Positions 34,001 to 47,809 of a stretch of 64,000 nucleotides of DNA are shown piece by piece. The position numbers and the translations under genes were made by a program. The notes beneath the pieces are model-generated. The model searched no databases, was not told the DNA's origin, and worked only from the letters and a program-made list of their open reading frames with translations. Every line of letters starts with the position of its first letter. Within the stretch, counting starts at the first letter, position 1. Location: assembly GCA_965112155.1 (NCBI GenBank), contig OZ218100.1; one strand, given 5' to 3'. The DNA comes from Podarcis liolepis. Lineage: Eukaryota.

Positions 34001-37000
34001 AAATGGGTAAGTCCTACAGGGGACACCCTATTTGAAGTCATTGGTCCCTGTTTAAAAACCAATGAGATGTTGGATTATTTGACAATGGCTTTTGATTGGT
34101 TACAGGGTTCTGATTGAAGAAAATAAAAAGGCAGGCACTGCACTGTAAGGAGGACTCTGGAGTTGAGGACATAAGAAGCAGTCAGAAGGAGAAGCTGATG
34201 CCCGAACAGGGTGGACAGCTAAAAGGTCCTAGTGGAAATGAGCTGAAATTGTGCTCTCCTTCTCATCAGTTCATTCCAGGTGGTATGGATACTATACCAG
34301 CTGTTGCTACCAGTAAGACATGCTGCACTTGCCCTCCAAGTTAATCTACTTGAATGCTGACGCAAAGGTGATATTTTCTGTGTTTGAATGGCCACACCAG
34401 AGCAAGTGGAGGCATGACTCCAGAAGGTAGAGTGTGGAAAAACAAAAGGAGGCCATGTTATATTAAAGAGGAAAAGCCCAGTTCTGCTTGAATGAGCATC
34501 ATGTTCCCATCACCACCACTTTTAACTTCTAAAGGAGCAGGGCAGTCAGTCAACAGTGGTCTCCTTTTTCCCTTGAGGGAGTTGACCTGTGTCTTTTTTA
34601 CTTCAGGTGGAAATCTTGTTGAAGCAGTCGATGCACGTAGTTTGAATAATCTGACATTTAACAGGCTTATTTCGGTTTTCTTGATTATGCTTGCTTTATC
34701 CAGAACTGTCCCTGAATTCACAGACTGTAGGTGGCTGGGAAACACAGTAGTATGAAAGGTTCTGTGAACTAATAAAATAACCAACATATGAATATTCTCT
34801 CTCTCTCACTAATACTCCAATCTAAAGGATGGAATTAACAAGAAGATATGATGGATGGGAGATGAGTATGTTGTGATGTTGCCACTCCTAACGATGACTT
34901 CTAGAAGGAGTTGTTCAGATTATCATAAAGATGTGTTGATTTTTGAGGGTTTAAAAGGTGTGATAAGAGGGTTGTTTCTGCTTTCTTATTTTGTTTGCTT
35001 TACAAATGGAGGGTTATTCTGAGATCATTTGCAGGTAAAGGAGATGCAGAAGGGACTTTTTATTTATTAAATTGCTAGAACCCACTAGGGGTATATCCGA
35101 TGGTGCCCCTCTGTGAAGAGGATTCCTTCCATTTCTGGAAGGCTCTTTGATCTAGCAGGTGCCTCCATTAATGGAAGGGAGGTTGCAGTTTCACTGATTT
35201 CCCCCTAAAGAGCCCCAAACTACCTTCCATGCTGCTATGGAACGTCCCACAGCTCTCCAGAGCATATTTTCAAGATACACAGGGGACTAGGGAAATATAC
35301 AAAAGTCATCTCCCTATCCCACACCTGACTTTGGTTAGCAAAGGCCTCCACTAGCTAAAAGAACTTTCCATGAATGGGAAAGATGTGGCACCACATAGCC
35401 CTCAACTGTCCTGATTTGGCCAGGCCAGCCCCAGAACATCTAAAGCCATCACAACTTCTGAGTTTATCCTGGGGAGCCCCAATTTCCTCCAGCCAGTGGA
35501 CAGGGACCATGAAAGCAGTTCCTGGAGTGGCAGCAGCATGGGGAAGGAGGTATGAGGGCTCCTTCCCAAAGCCTAGTTAGTGCTTACTAGGCTTTAGGAA
35601 GAACATGGGTGGACTCTAGGACCTTGTCAGAGCCCTCAAGTCTCCTGCCCAAAGCTGTACAAGCCCTTCCTCTTGCTGCTTTCTTCAGATGAGGGGAAAT
35701 AACCCAGCCATCACACCACTCTCATGCCTGAATATTTTAATACTGTGTTGGACAAAATGCTTTTTGTTTGCAATTATATGTGGTGGATGGGGAGGGGAGC
35801 TTTGCCTAGATCCTTCAGTAAATCTAGCAAATTGATTGGACGTCTTCTTGATTTTTCCAATTCTAACAGGGAAACATAATAGGAACTTTATGAAGTTTTG
35901 CTTTGAAACCTCTGAGCGAGTTCCTTCTTTCCGCCCCAAGCCATCCCACTCACCCTAAAATGCTGCAGACAGTTCATAAGACCAGCCTATTGGCCATGAA
36001 TTTTCCCTTTCACTCCTTTTAAAAAGAGGGTCCACTTTATTGCCTTGTATGGGCGCCCTTCCGCTTTGGATATTCACTACCATTAACTTTGAAAACACTG
36101 AAAGAAAGTAGGTGTGGTAATTGACTCTCTCTCTGGGAAGAAAGAATACTTGAAGCTAATGGAGGGTCTTTGTGGGGTCTGCTTTCCTTTGTAGCTTCTA
36201 AAATCACTTTGTAGATGACTTCCTGCAAAATAACTCTAAATGCAACTGCAGTGACGTTTACTCGTGCCCTATAAAAATATTTTGCCTCATTTTGCACATT
36301 CTAGCACCAACCCCCTCTCCCACCCCTCCTGACTTATGGGGGGGGGGCTGTTCCCATCTGGCAAAATGAGCAAATCCAACTCTGTGTTGCTTTAGCGGAC
36401 ATGAAAATTGCAACAGCAATCCCAAATGTATGTTATTTGACCAACACCAGAGGAGTTGTCACCTCCTCTGTCTCAAGCTAGACCCGTTCCCCCATCATGG
36501 GCAGCAAGAAATTTTGCAACACCATCTCCTCTGCCCTCTGCTCTCCTCTTCATTTGAATTTTCTTAGAGCTGCCTGGTCTACAGTGCTTTACTGCCCGCA
36601 CAGCCACACTGCACAGCAGTGACCTCTATGGGGAGTGCCAGGGCTTTGCACGTGTTGATGAAGGAGAGGCAAAGGTGGCCTTTTGCAGAGAAAAGAGGAG
36701 AAAGGAGGCTGTGACTGCTCTCCCTTGGGTCTCCCTTCCCAAGTTCTCCCAAGTTCATTTCTGGGGCTGTGCAATGCCAAGCCTGGCAGCTCAAAGCAAC
36801 CTTTCACCAGAGCCTGCCAGCCAACCAGTCATTTTCAGCCCAGCATGCAGGGGAGTCCCCTGACTGACAAGTTGCTGCTGCCAACCAGTATGCAGAGAGA
36901 GGGAGGCAGAGAGCCGCTGCCACTTCTGGGCCCACCTATGTGCAGCCCCCTAGACCAGGAGTATTTGTCAGTTTGCATTTTTTGGTGTAGGGAGCATTGA

Positions 37001-40000
37001 TCTGATGTGTAGAGATCTTTCCTATTCTAATTGATTCAAGAGGGCTCTGGAAGCTTCTCTATGTGATACAGGCTAGTGCAAGCAGAAAGTTTCTAGCCGC
37101 CAAGCAAGTTTCTATTCTGCCTAGAAAACAGGCAGAAGGTTCCTGATGTTTGGGTTATGCCTTCAGAGAAGCTGAGCAGCTGGTTTGGACTGGTTCTGTT
37201 ACTTCTTTCACTCAAGGTCATGCTTATAATAATAGAAGAAGGAGCCTGAGTTTCAGTTTTCTGTCTTTCTTTCCTTCTGGTGTTCTGTGTATCGTATGCT
37301 TAAGTGCTAGGTTTTAGTCTTGTTCCAAGTTATTGTAAGTTTAGCTTAAGTTTGCTGCAACTGGATTTCTTATGCACAGTGCCAATCCTGAATGTATGGA
37401 TTTGTGACCATTATGCTCACATAATGGTAGCAGCAGTAAATTCTGCTGGATAAAATACAATGGTCTCTGGTTTAGTTTTTGGGAATCCTGCAATGTATTT
37501 AAGTTTTTACTCAGCTAACTATACATTGGAGTTCCACTCTGGGTCAATAGAAGTAGAATTCATAACAGTATTATATACTTGCTTGGTCCCTCCCCTCTAG
37601 CCAGCAAGTACTTGCACAATGCAGCTTCTGGGACTTTACCCCAGACCAAGAGTTCTTACAAGAGCGCTCTCATTTTCCCATTGCCAGCCTGTGCAGTTCC
37701 AAAGCTTGCACAATTTCTGTGCAGCTCCCAAGCTTTGCAGCCACTGCTTCAATAAGGCCCGCTGCACTGCAGGGTCATTCTACAGCTGAATGGGCTGAAA
37801 TGTGTGGCATGGCACCATGGCATACAATCCCAAACTTGATGTTTCATCGCATGCATGAAGGGACCCCTCTCAGAAGGTCACTCAGACCAACTAACAAAAT
37901 CTTATTAAAACCATTTTGAGAGGGGGAGAGAGACAGAATGACAGCTTTAAAATCTGCAGTGTCTGGATGTTCCTATCTCCTTCCAAATGCCTGAACAAAT
38001 AAAAGCGCCTGTAAGTTCAGTCTGTACATGCTCACGGAAGGGAACTGACAGATCTCCCCTGGGAGTCTAAAAGACAGTGGCCTGCCACATCAGTCATAAG
38101 CTCCACTAATTGTTTTCCAAGATGGGAGAAGAAGAATTCTCTGGAGGACTTGTTGATTTTACCTATAATTTGCCGGACTTTTTTAGGTGAGGTAAACATA
38201 AACAAATAAATAACACTTGTAGAAATTATAGCACGGCCTATCTCCCTAAGGTAATGAACCAACTAAATTTCTTAAGCAGCAGGCAAGGCACAGCCACTTA
38301 AAATTCATCACAGCAGACCCAGAAACTATGGGATGTGTCTGATCAGATAGAGCCAAATTAAACACTATGTTTGCCTAAACCCATGATGAAAGGTCTAAAT
38401 AGCTTTCAATCCTGCTGGGAATAAGAGTGTTCAAAGCAGTATGATGGGGGGGAAACCTCTTTATCAGCTTAGGCTGCTGTACCTTTCCTGGACAGAGAAC
38501 GTCTGGCCAACGGTATCATAGCCCTGGTAAAATCCAGAGTTGGATCCTGTAATGTAGCAGTGGAGAACTGGATCCAGTCAACCTATTCTTCATAAGCGGA
38601 TTGGGCCCACCCACCTGTTAATCTTTTAACATCACTATAACATCAAGGGACCCATTTTTTCTTTGTAGTGCAGCAAGCCATACTAGAAAGGGAAACCCAA
38701 GCCCAGCCAAAGAGGGGATGAAGTTACTACCAATCAGCTGACTTTGTCCTTGTGGCTGCCAAAATCAATCCAGAATTGATGTTGACTTTTTTGGCTGCAA
38801 TTAGCTGCTTATAATTTCACTGTAGAGTCCGTTTAGTAGTCTGGCTCTCAGGGTGCGCTGAAACTTGGACTTTCCATTATCGATCTTCTCAATTTTACTT
38901 CTCAATAGTCTGCATTCTTTATCAAAACATTAGCTCTTCACAGGCCCACCTGTGAGGCCTGGTGTAGTGACCACCTCAAGTGGCAGGATCCACAGCGGCA
39001 GCAGATCCCAGTGTAGATCTTTATCCCTCCCTTGTCCCTGATGTAGATCTTCACTCGCCCCTTCTTCCCTGCAGGTGGGGAGACCGTTTGGTAGTTTGTC
39101 TCTTGTACCAAAATGTCCTGGGCTGGGCCTGCGTGCACCTGTGAACTGCTTCTCTCCCAATACTTTTGCATTACTACAGAGAGCCAAGAAACTGGCTGAA
39201 ATCTGAAGGATTCCACTGCATGCATACATTGGTGAATAAAGTTTTAAAAAGAGATCCCATAAACTGCCCCAAATGCAAAAATAGGGGCAATGCTTTAACA
39301 GGTTGGGTAGCAGAGATCAGGTTCTGTCTGTGGTGAGCAGGGACAGTTGACCCATTGGTAGTTCTCCTGTGATTTCCCTTCCCTGAAATAAAATGCTTAA
39401 ATATGTCTACTGCTCTTCATACACAACAGCATGTGTCTCACCTACAGTCAATAGTTTTACTGATGAATCAGGATGTTCATTCAGCATATAGAGAGCAAGT
39501 GGGAAAAATTTCAGAATGACAAATGGTTGTGAATGACTCAGCTTTCCAAAACGGGAGACAGCAGATAACCTCAGCAAAAACCTCAGATAGAGCCAAAATA
39601 TTTGCACACATTGTGCTTGCCTGTATGGGAAATTGAAATGCTGCTGGTCTGGATGGCTTTGTTATTTTGCTTTGTTGCTTGCTCAAAGGCATCATATATT
39701 GGTTTCCAGTGAATGACATGGTTCTTCTAGCCGTACTGTTCCGTGAGATAACACAATTATCAAACTGAAAAAGTTGTCAGTGCTTCTTTCTGGGTCTGTT
39801 TATCTGCGTAAATGAGTGGGCCTGCGCATTACAGGAGAGGAGCTTTGATTGGATCTAGTTCCTGATTCAGTTGGAAATGTACACAGGCACTTCAGCTCAA
39901 AAGTTCTGCCTCTGAAATCAATCTACCTCAGAATTTCTTGCTGAAGTGACTGCCAAAAAACATCTTAGCATGGGCTGATAAATAAGACATGAATATCACT

Positions 40001-40016
40001 TTTTTCTCCTTTACTG

Positions 40017-40108
40017 CATAGCTGTCAACTTTTCCCTTTTCTTGCGAGGAATCCTATTTGGAATAAGGGAATTTCCCTTTTAAAAAAAGGAAAACATTGG
40101 CAGCTATG
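40017..40108. mobile_element. 92-bp hAT-type MITE
   Basis: TIR catagctgtcaa/ttggcagctatg; perfect 8-bp TSD ctttactg. Confidence 0.88.
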
Positions 40109-42929
40109 CTTTACTGTGGTCATCTACAGATAAATCCTGAGGGGGGTATAATTAAGTTAATAATGCTTTTTAATCAGGGTGGCAAAATCTATGATAAATC
40201 ACAGTTTATATATGGTAAATGGGAAGGGAAGAAATTAAAACTCACTCAGTTCAGCCCCACCACAACCTTGAAGGCATTGGGGGGGCAGGGAATTTCTCCC
40301 TGAACCTCCTGCTCATATCCACACTCAAAAAACTATTATAGCTGCCTGATAACAAGAGTTCTTTTGGCAGACCACAAAGCTCTGGGCGGCTGACAAAATA
40401 TTTGCAGGATGGAATCCTTATTCTCAAGAACCTAAGAGGTTCTCTGAAATATAAAGCAGAGTTATATTAACAGTGAGTCTTTTACCTTAAAAAAAAAGTC
40501 AGCCCTCTGGTTTTAAAGTAATTGCTCCTGTTCCACACCCATCAATACTTCCGTTAAGTAAAATTAAGCATTTTCCCATTGGATCAATAGTTCCTATATG
40601 CTCTCTGCCTATGCTTCCAAATCCTTGTAATTACTTCTGCTTAATTTGTAGTGACTTAGAGTGCCATGCTGTATAACAGAGCCAACAGATTCTTGTTGCC
40701 GTAATCTTCAAAACAAGTCAGGATATACGTACGACCTAACTGTTGCTTGTTATTGACCAGCACACAAACAAACATATAGCAGAAGGAAAAGAAAGCTGAC
40801 TGTACTGGCAGTTTTTATCTTAATTCAGCACTGCTGAAGAGATCACATCCTCTATCACACCTGAAGCTGTAAGCTAGTTTAGGGAGCCCAGGATATGCCA
40901 TGTAGCATACACACCTCTGTCCTCTAAAAGGGAAAAATGGCTATGACAGGCTTAGGATGAACAGCCAGGGAGCTGCTATCACTGCCACCCAAGGCGGTTG
41001 CCTCAGTTTGTCTAATAGCAGAGCCAGCTCTGTTAGTGCTGTTAAATTTGTATTATTGCAAATAATTGAGATAAATATAGGGTATATGTGTGATAGATAA
41101 AAATGAATACTTAATTTTATTTCTTGCCCAAAATCTAAATTCCATTCCAGTCAAACGAACAACACTCAGGATTTCTTTTAATAAAAAAAGGTGGTTATAG
41201 GTTTCATGAGCCTATTTAAAATCCTTTCTGAACTATGTCAGCTATTCCCTGTGCAGGTCACTACCTAGATTGATTTTGTGTCTCACTGACACAGTGGTAA
41301 AATCTGCTAGAGAAATGTTTTTTTCCATCCCAGGCCAGTTCCCTTGCTGAATATAAAACACACATTCAGCTGAACTTTACAGCTTCCTTGAAAACACTTA
41401 AGACTTTAAACAAGACTGTTCTCAGAATTTGTGAGACTCTTAAATTATCAAGGGGAAAACTGGCTTACCCATCTCTTGCGCTGCTATATGAGGAAAGTAT
41501 CGAAAGCAGGGGATTACTGAACTATAAAGCCAGGAAGGAAATGAAGTTGATGCAGTCTGTCCTGCAGCATTCTGATGAGCTCCTCTGCACCAAACAGGGC
41601 TAAATGTTCAACAAGTAATACAGAAGTGTGTGCCCTTCACAGGTACATCCCTGCCCATATATTATCAGAGCTCATAGAAAATTCCTTAAATATTCACAAA
41701 GTGATCCAACTCTCTTATTTTCTTTTTTCTTTTAGTATTTTCTGCCCCAACTGTCAGTTCTTTGAATTTTCAAGGCAGCTTATACTTTTAAAAAGGCTTT
41801 GGAACACTCTTAGACAGTGCTATTTTTCTAGAAAAAGAGGGGTCAGACCTCACCCCTCCCCCCCCCCGTTCTTTTAAAATGGCAATGGTGCCTACCTGAG
41901 TTCCAGCAGGTTCCAGCTGAAAATAGCCCAACCCAGCACAGATAAAGTTTGATACCAGTTATTGCCCCCTTAGCATATTTTACAAAAAAAATTAAGCACC
42001 CTTGGTTTTGAGTGGTATTCAAATAATGTGCCCCATTAGCACAAGAATTCCCACTTACCCAAGAGAACTGTCCTCCTCTTTCTTCACATGCTCCCTAAAT
42101 CTGTTCCAAGGGTCCCCCCAACCCTTTGGATAAGTTTTGAGGAGGGCAGGGGAGGAAAGAGAGGGGAAGTTCCATTGTGCAGTTGGAAATCTCTGTCCTG
42201 ACAAGACATATTAATTGGATACCATCCTAAGTTTTGAAATGTGTGGTGCCAGGGTCAAATCACTTAGAAAATAATTAAATCTGCCACGTGAAATTCATGA
42301 GAAACTCCACCTGTTGTTCTAAGCAACATAAGCTGCACTACAGTATAGCAACTGAACAGAATGCAAGCTATATAAACATACCGAGGAAAATGTAATTTTT
42401 AATTTTAAAATACATACATGTTTATCCTGATTTTTTTCTGTCATAGAGTCCAGTGGTCACCCATCCAGGAGCTAGTCAGAACCAGGTCTACTTAGCTTCA
42501 GCCAGATGGTGGCTTCTTTTTAGCCTTTGGAAAATATAACTGGAAGTAGAAAGCTAACCCTTGCACTTTTCCTTTTATCTGATGACTGTAACAATATAAT
42601 TGTATAAGTGGGTGTTATTAATCAGATAATAAGGTTTGTGATCATACTGTGAAAGCTAAAGATAAGTTAATAATGTACTTGAGTTATAGCTATGTAGAAG
42701 GCAGGGCATCATAAACCAGAAAACACAAACATGCCAAAAGAAAGCTCATTATAAATACAAAACAAATAGCTTTATAAAAATAGGACTTGTCAGCTGTTTT
42801 CACTGCTGCATACAACTGAATTCCAAAAAGGACAATACAGTTTATGTGATGAAAGGGGCAGGTTATTGAATATGCAGCAGTTGGACTTTGACTCCACCAT
42901 CATCCTTGTCCATGTCTGGGACTGATGGG

Positions 42930-43065
42930 TAAGGTTGGCATATTTTGAAGAGCAAAAAAAAGGGACACATTTGCCAACTTCAACTTTTAACTTTGGATCT
43001 CTATGGAGATTCTCATCATGAAAAAGAGGACATGTCCTGGGGAAAGAGGACATATGGCAACCCTG
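42930..43065. mobile_element. hAT-type MITE (agggttgcc TIR family) nested in an older palindromic MITE
   Basis: Perfect 8-bp TSD ctgatggg (42922-42929, 43066-43073); host MITE halves on both sides. Confidence 0.8.
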
Positions 43066-43717
43066 CTGATGGGAGTTTGAGTCCACCAACATCTGGGGCC
43101 CCAGCATTCCTCATCCTGCTTTAAGGTGTCCGTTTGAATCACAAAGCTTTAAATTGGATCTCAGCCAAGAACAGAAGCTTACCATGCAGTGACCATTCGT
43201 AAGCTCTACATGGAAATGAACTATTATGAGTGCAGCCAAAGATAAGCAGTTTAAAGTGTCATCTATTCCAGGAGAATAGTTAAGTATGTCAAACAGAACA
43301 AATAGGGTTCCACTTTCCCTGACTGGTTCCTAGCCTAGGTCATCCGTCAATCTGGCCATAGCCATTTCAGTCCGAAATCTAGGCTTGAACCTAGATTCAA
43401 TAGGAAAGATTGGCATTGTGCCTCTCTCACATCCATTCTCTCTCTCTCTCCTTCTCTCTGTGGAAGGAGTGGTAGAAAGAGCTGTTTTGCATCTGGTGTT
43501 TTTTATTTGTAGTTCCACTCAACTCGCTTTAGATTAGTTTGTGTGATCCTTACAACCTGTGAGCACGCTATAATTCATATCTCGGCAAAGAGTGAATATT
43601 ATCAAATGCCAAATACCTTGGTCTGAGAGTTCAGATCTAATGAATACATCAGTGCAGGGGGAGTGAGGCTCCAGAATTTGCACATTCATGGCCAACTGTT
43701 AAATATGTAATGAAAGC

Positions 43718-43840
43718 CACATATCTGAATTATTTATTGTGTATTAGCTCCTAGAGTTTAATTTTAATCTATTTATATTTGTATGCTCTCTGTTGTTGTA
43801 TATGTGCACTCTGGTCAGTGACTGAAATAAATCGCTTCAT
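43718..43840 (+). mobile_element. Short retroposed 3' end (family unassigned)
   Basis: 12-bp TSD tgtaatgaaagc (43706-43717, 43841-43852); AATAAA near the 3' end. Confidence 0.6.
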
Positions 43841-44744
43841 TGTAATGAAAGCAGCTGTAGTTAATTTTAATCAACTAAATCATTTGGATCATCCAACACA
43901 GGTAGGGGAAAACTAACAGAACAGCAGGATTAATCTGACTCCTCATTTACTTATTGAAATCAGAATATAAAATAATAATGGCCAAACCACTAAAGGTCTA
44001 GTAGTAATTCACTCAAAATTTCCTCAGCCTGGAAATTTGTCTCATATAAAAAAGGTTTAAGGTATATCAGTGCCATACTTAAGCTGATACAGAAGTCCCA
44101 TAGAATTCAATTACACTTACTCCCAGGTAAGTATTTTTAAGTAAATGTACAGCCTATGTGTTTTAATGAGATAGGATAGAAATCCATGGAGTTTTTATCT
44201 TCTTGGTTTCAAATAAAGTCCACTGATATATAAAAAAAAAGAGGCATTTAATTTAATCGGAAGGTATTGCTTCCTGTGAAGATTCCTGGCATATCAAGAG
44301 CAGAGATTTTCCCATCTGCTTACACACACACACCCTCAGGGGCCATTCAAACAAATAGATGGAGATACTATGGCCATCCAGATGTTGTTGGACCACAATT
44401 TCCATTAGCCCCAGCCAGCATAGTTAATAACCAGGGATGAAAGAAGTTATAGTCTGGGTATATATCCCTGCCTTAAAGAGAAGCTGCTGCCTGGAAGACA
44501 TGGCCTTTGGTCAGGTGTTGAAGGGACATCAGCCATGGAGATAAAGCCTACCAATGTTGTCTACCTGCTTAGCACTGTCAGTCAAGGGTGAAGGGATCAA
44601 ATTTCACAGGAACCAAAGAGCCAGAAGACTGTCCCTCCCCCAATCCTCCTGCAGACTTGAGAAACTAGGCAGATAGCTTCAAGATGATAATATTCTCTTA
44701 TCCAGGGCAGGTATCCCCTAACTGACCATGTTGCTTCCAAGTTT

Positions 44745-44910
44745 TATTGACTCAGAAATAAATCCCACTGAGTTCAATGGGAAGCACCGGATTGTGTTTG
44801 CATGGGATTGCAGCAGTGCAGCGCAATCCTATTTATCTTTACTCAGAAGTAAGCCACTCTGTATTCAACAGGGCACACTCTCAGGTGACTTTGCACAGAA
44901 TTACAGCCTA
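44745..44910. mobile_element. Two adjacent ~80-bp palindromic MITEs (gctgcaatcc...ggattgcagc family)
   Basis: ctcagaagtaag/gagttcaatggga/ggattgcagc motifs; further decayed copies near 14.0, 16.4, 28.7, 31.6, 44.1, 47.4 and 54.9 kb. Confidence 0.65.
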
Positions 44911-45604
44911 AGAATTTAAAACTTTCATACTCTGCCTTGACTACATACAAGCAAACTTCAGATTCAGCAGCAGCCTCCAGTATTTACAAAGGTGTAAAGA
45001 CTATTTTCTGGTAGATCTTCTATTCTCAGAACGATGTTTTGGACTCCTGCAAATATCTTCTGATATCTGTTGAAATGAGTACTTTGCTGATTTCCTCAAA
45101 GAAATTTCTAAAATGACTGTACTCCACCTGCAGAAACAGTTTACTTTGCAGTAAAAGTAGAAATAGAACAACAACAAAAGCCATTTATGGGGTTCTTAAT
45201 TTTTTTTCTAGGTGCAAGTTTAGAAATGTTTTATTTATAGATGCATGATGGTAGTTTGAGCTAAGTGCAATAAAAATGGCGAAAGTGGCAGGCCAATTTC
45301 TTGCAATGCTGCAAGGATTTCAGTCACCTAGCTGAATCAAGACCACATAGGTGAGATCCTTCCCCAGTGATAGCCAGCATGATACCCCACAGATATTGTA
45401 CACTTCAGCATCCATCATCAGAGACCATTGATCATGCTAACTGAAGCTGCAGGAAGCTGTAGTACACAAAATCTGAAGGACACCTTCTTGACTACCCTAG
45501 ACTTCTTACAAGTATTGCAACTGGAGGATCAATTTATTATAAATATATCTAAATGCCACTCATTCATAAAGAAAATATCAAAGTGGTTCACAACAACTTT
45601 ACAT

Positions 45605-45842
45605 CACTGGCGGAGGAACAGGGGTGCGGGGGGAGCGTACTGCCCCCGGCGGCATGATCCCAGTGGGCTGTCCCCCCCCCCGAGTGTGCTTGGTGCCACC
45701 CCCCTGTGGGTGGCGTGCCATGCCACCAGTATGCCACGCCCCTGCGGGCGGCATACCACGCCCCTGCGGGCGGCATACCACGCCCCTGCGGGATGCACTG
45801 TTCTCCACCACTACCCCTCCGGAGCTTGAAGCTCCACCACTG
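45605..45842. mobile_element. GC-rich hAT-type MITE with an internal 22-bp tandem repeat
   Basis: Perfect 8-bp TSD ctttacat; TIR ca(c)tggcggag/ctccaccactg; about three copies of ccacgcccctgcgggcggcata. Confidence 0.85.
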
Positions 45843-47809
45843 CTTTACATAAAACATATACAATGAAAACCATATTGAAAAGTTAGCTATTCCTTCAGAA
45901 GAAGTGCAACCCCATCCAGAACAGATATGTATCTCCCGAACATGGGACACACCCACCTAAAGAGCCTGTCTTCCCAGGACTCAAGCACAGGACTTATTGA
46001 CTCTCATCCAGTCCGCCACTGCATTCAAACACTGTTCCAGAGCCTTCACAGCCTTTTGCTATTCACATGTCATGGAGAAGTAGAGCTGTGTGTCATCAAC
46101 ATACTGGAGACACCTTGCCCCAAAATTTATAATGGCCGCACCCAATTGTACTTTTACAATGCAGCTCAACCCCTGCTTATTCAGAAGATTGTCTTCTGAT
46201 GTTCAGCAGGTTCACTCCCATGGAAGTTTGGCTGGATGGACACCATATTAGACCACAGGTTGGAAACCTGTGAAGACCCAGCCAGCACTTCCAATTGTTT
46301 GGGTTGATGAGAGTTGCAATTCATCAGCATTTAGAGGTCTACAGGTTTCCCACCCTGCCTTAAACACACAATATCCCCCCTCTTTTCTTTTTCTTGCTTC
46401 TTTTTTGGTAGTAGTGCCAAACATTTTTCCAATAGATACCTCACAAGGTCCACAATATATTTGTGCCAATAAGCGTAATAACTTCTTTCTCATGGAATTA
46501 TGAGAATGTTTTGGATGCCTGCCTGTATCCCCAGATAATTTTATTGGACCACTAGTTTCAATTTCACCCATGACTTTTCTAAAACATATAAAGTCAGCAC
46601 TTGTTATAACCATTAACATACTAGTAAAATGAGGACGGGGGGGGCAGTTCTGGGCATTAGTTTCCTAGACACGGATCATGGCATTTTAAAAGAAATCTCT
46701 AATTTCATTACATTTTCAGTTTTCTTCCCTCTGTTCTAACCAAATTCAGCTCTGCATAGTGATAAGTGAAATGGTTGCAATATTTTCTATGTGCCACCTG
46801 TCCTTGGGCAAACTACTTAAATTTTCCCAATAACTTATTTGGGTCCAATAATATTATTTTGTTCCAAGTCTTGGGACAACAAGACTTTCTTATGATGGTG
46901 ATTCTAAGAGAGACACTGCTGGAGACAGGAACATACTGAGCTCATGAGTTAAATACCACATTTGAGAGGCATACTAAATGAATTTTGCTTTCATGGTTTG
47001 GATTTAAACATTATCTTGTGGCTAACTAGCAACTCTCTTATTTTTCCCCTCCATTTGCATGGGTTTCCTGCATAAGCTATTTCTACTTGCTTCCTATACT
47101 GAGTCTGCCCTGCAACTTCCACCTCTTCTGTAGCTGCCCTGTTCTCAATGGCTAGGAAACAGAAATAAAACTGATTTTAAAAAAAACCTAAGCAGTTATC
47201 CTAGTCTGAAAGATCAGATTTTCAAAAATGTTTCATTTGCTCTGTATAATATCAGACTACTTTTTCACAAGTTTCAAGGTGGCTAACAATCAGATAATGC
47301 AAGAATTCTTTTCATAAGCACAGGTTGCCTAAAACTTTCAGAAGAATGCATGCTTATGTGCAATCTGTGATTGTAACAAAAGGTTCCAATTATCAGGCTG
47401 CATCCCTAGACACATCGACTGGAAAGAAAATCCTAATGAACTCCACTGAAATTTATTCTAAGTAAACTTACCTATTATTTCATTTCACGTCAAGTGCATA
47501 GGGATTATTATTGTAGTTATATTTTAAAACTGCCCTTCAACCAGAGGTTCCTGTATACAAATATATTCCAAGAAAATACATGTGAAAAATACAAGATATC
47601 CAGGATTTGAATTATTGTCTTACTTGAATCCTTATCTCAGCAGAGTAGCTGATACCATACAGGGCAAATCAAGCATTTTTGAAGATGTGTGATTACATGA
47701 TTCATACTATTTGGGATGTATGAAGGGACTGCAGACTTTGAATTAGCCTCTTCTAGGAGTTATGCAGGTTACAACCACATTTGCTTGATTGAGAAACCGG
47801 GTCCTCCCT

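Noticed and set aside
45428-45956. Cluster of overlapping ORFs / CRISPR-like repeat
   Set aside because: Caused by a GC-rich MITE with a 22-bp tandem repeat; no spacers, and the context is eukaryotic.
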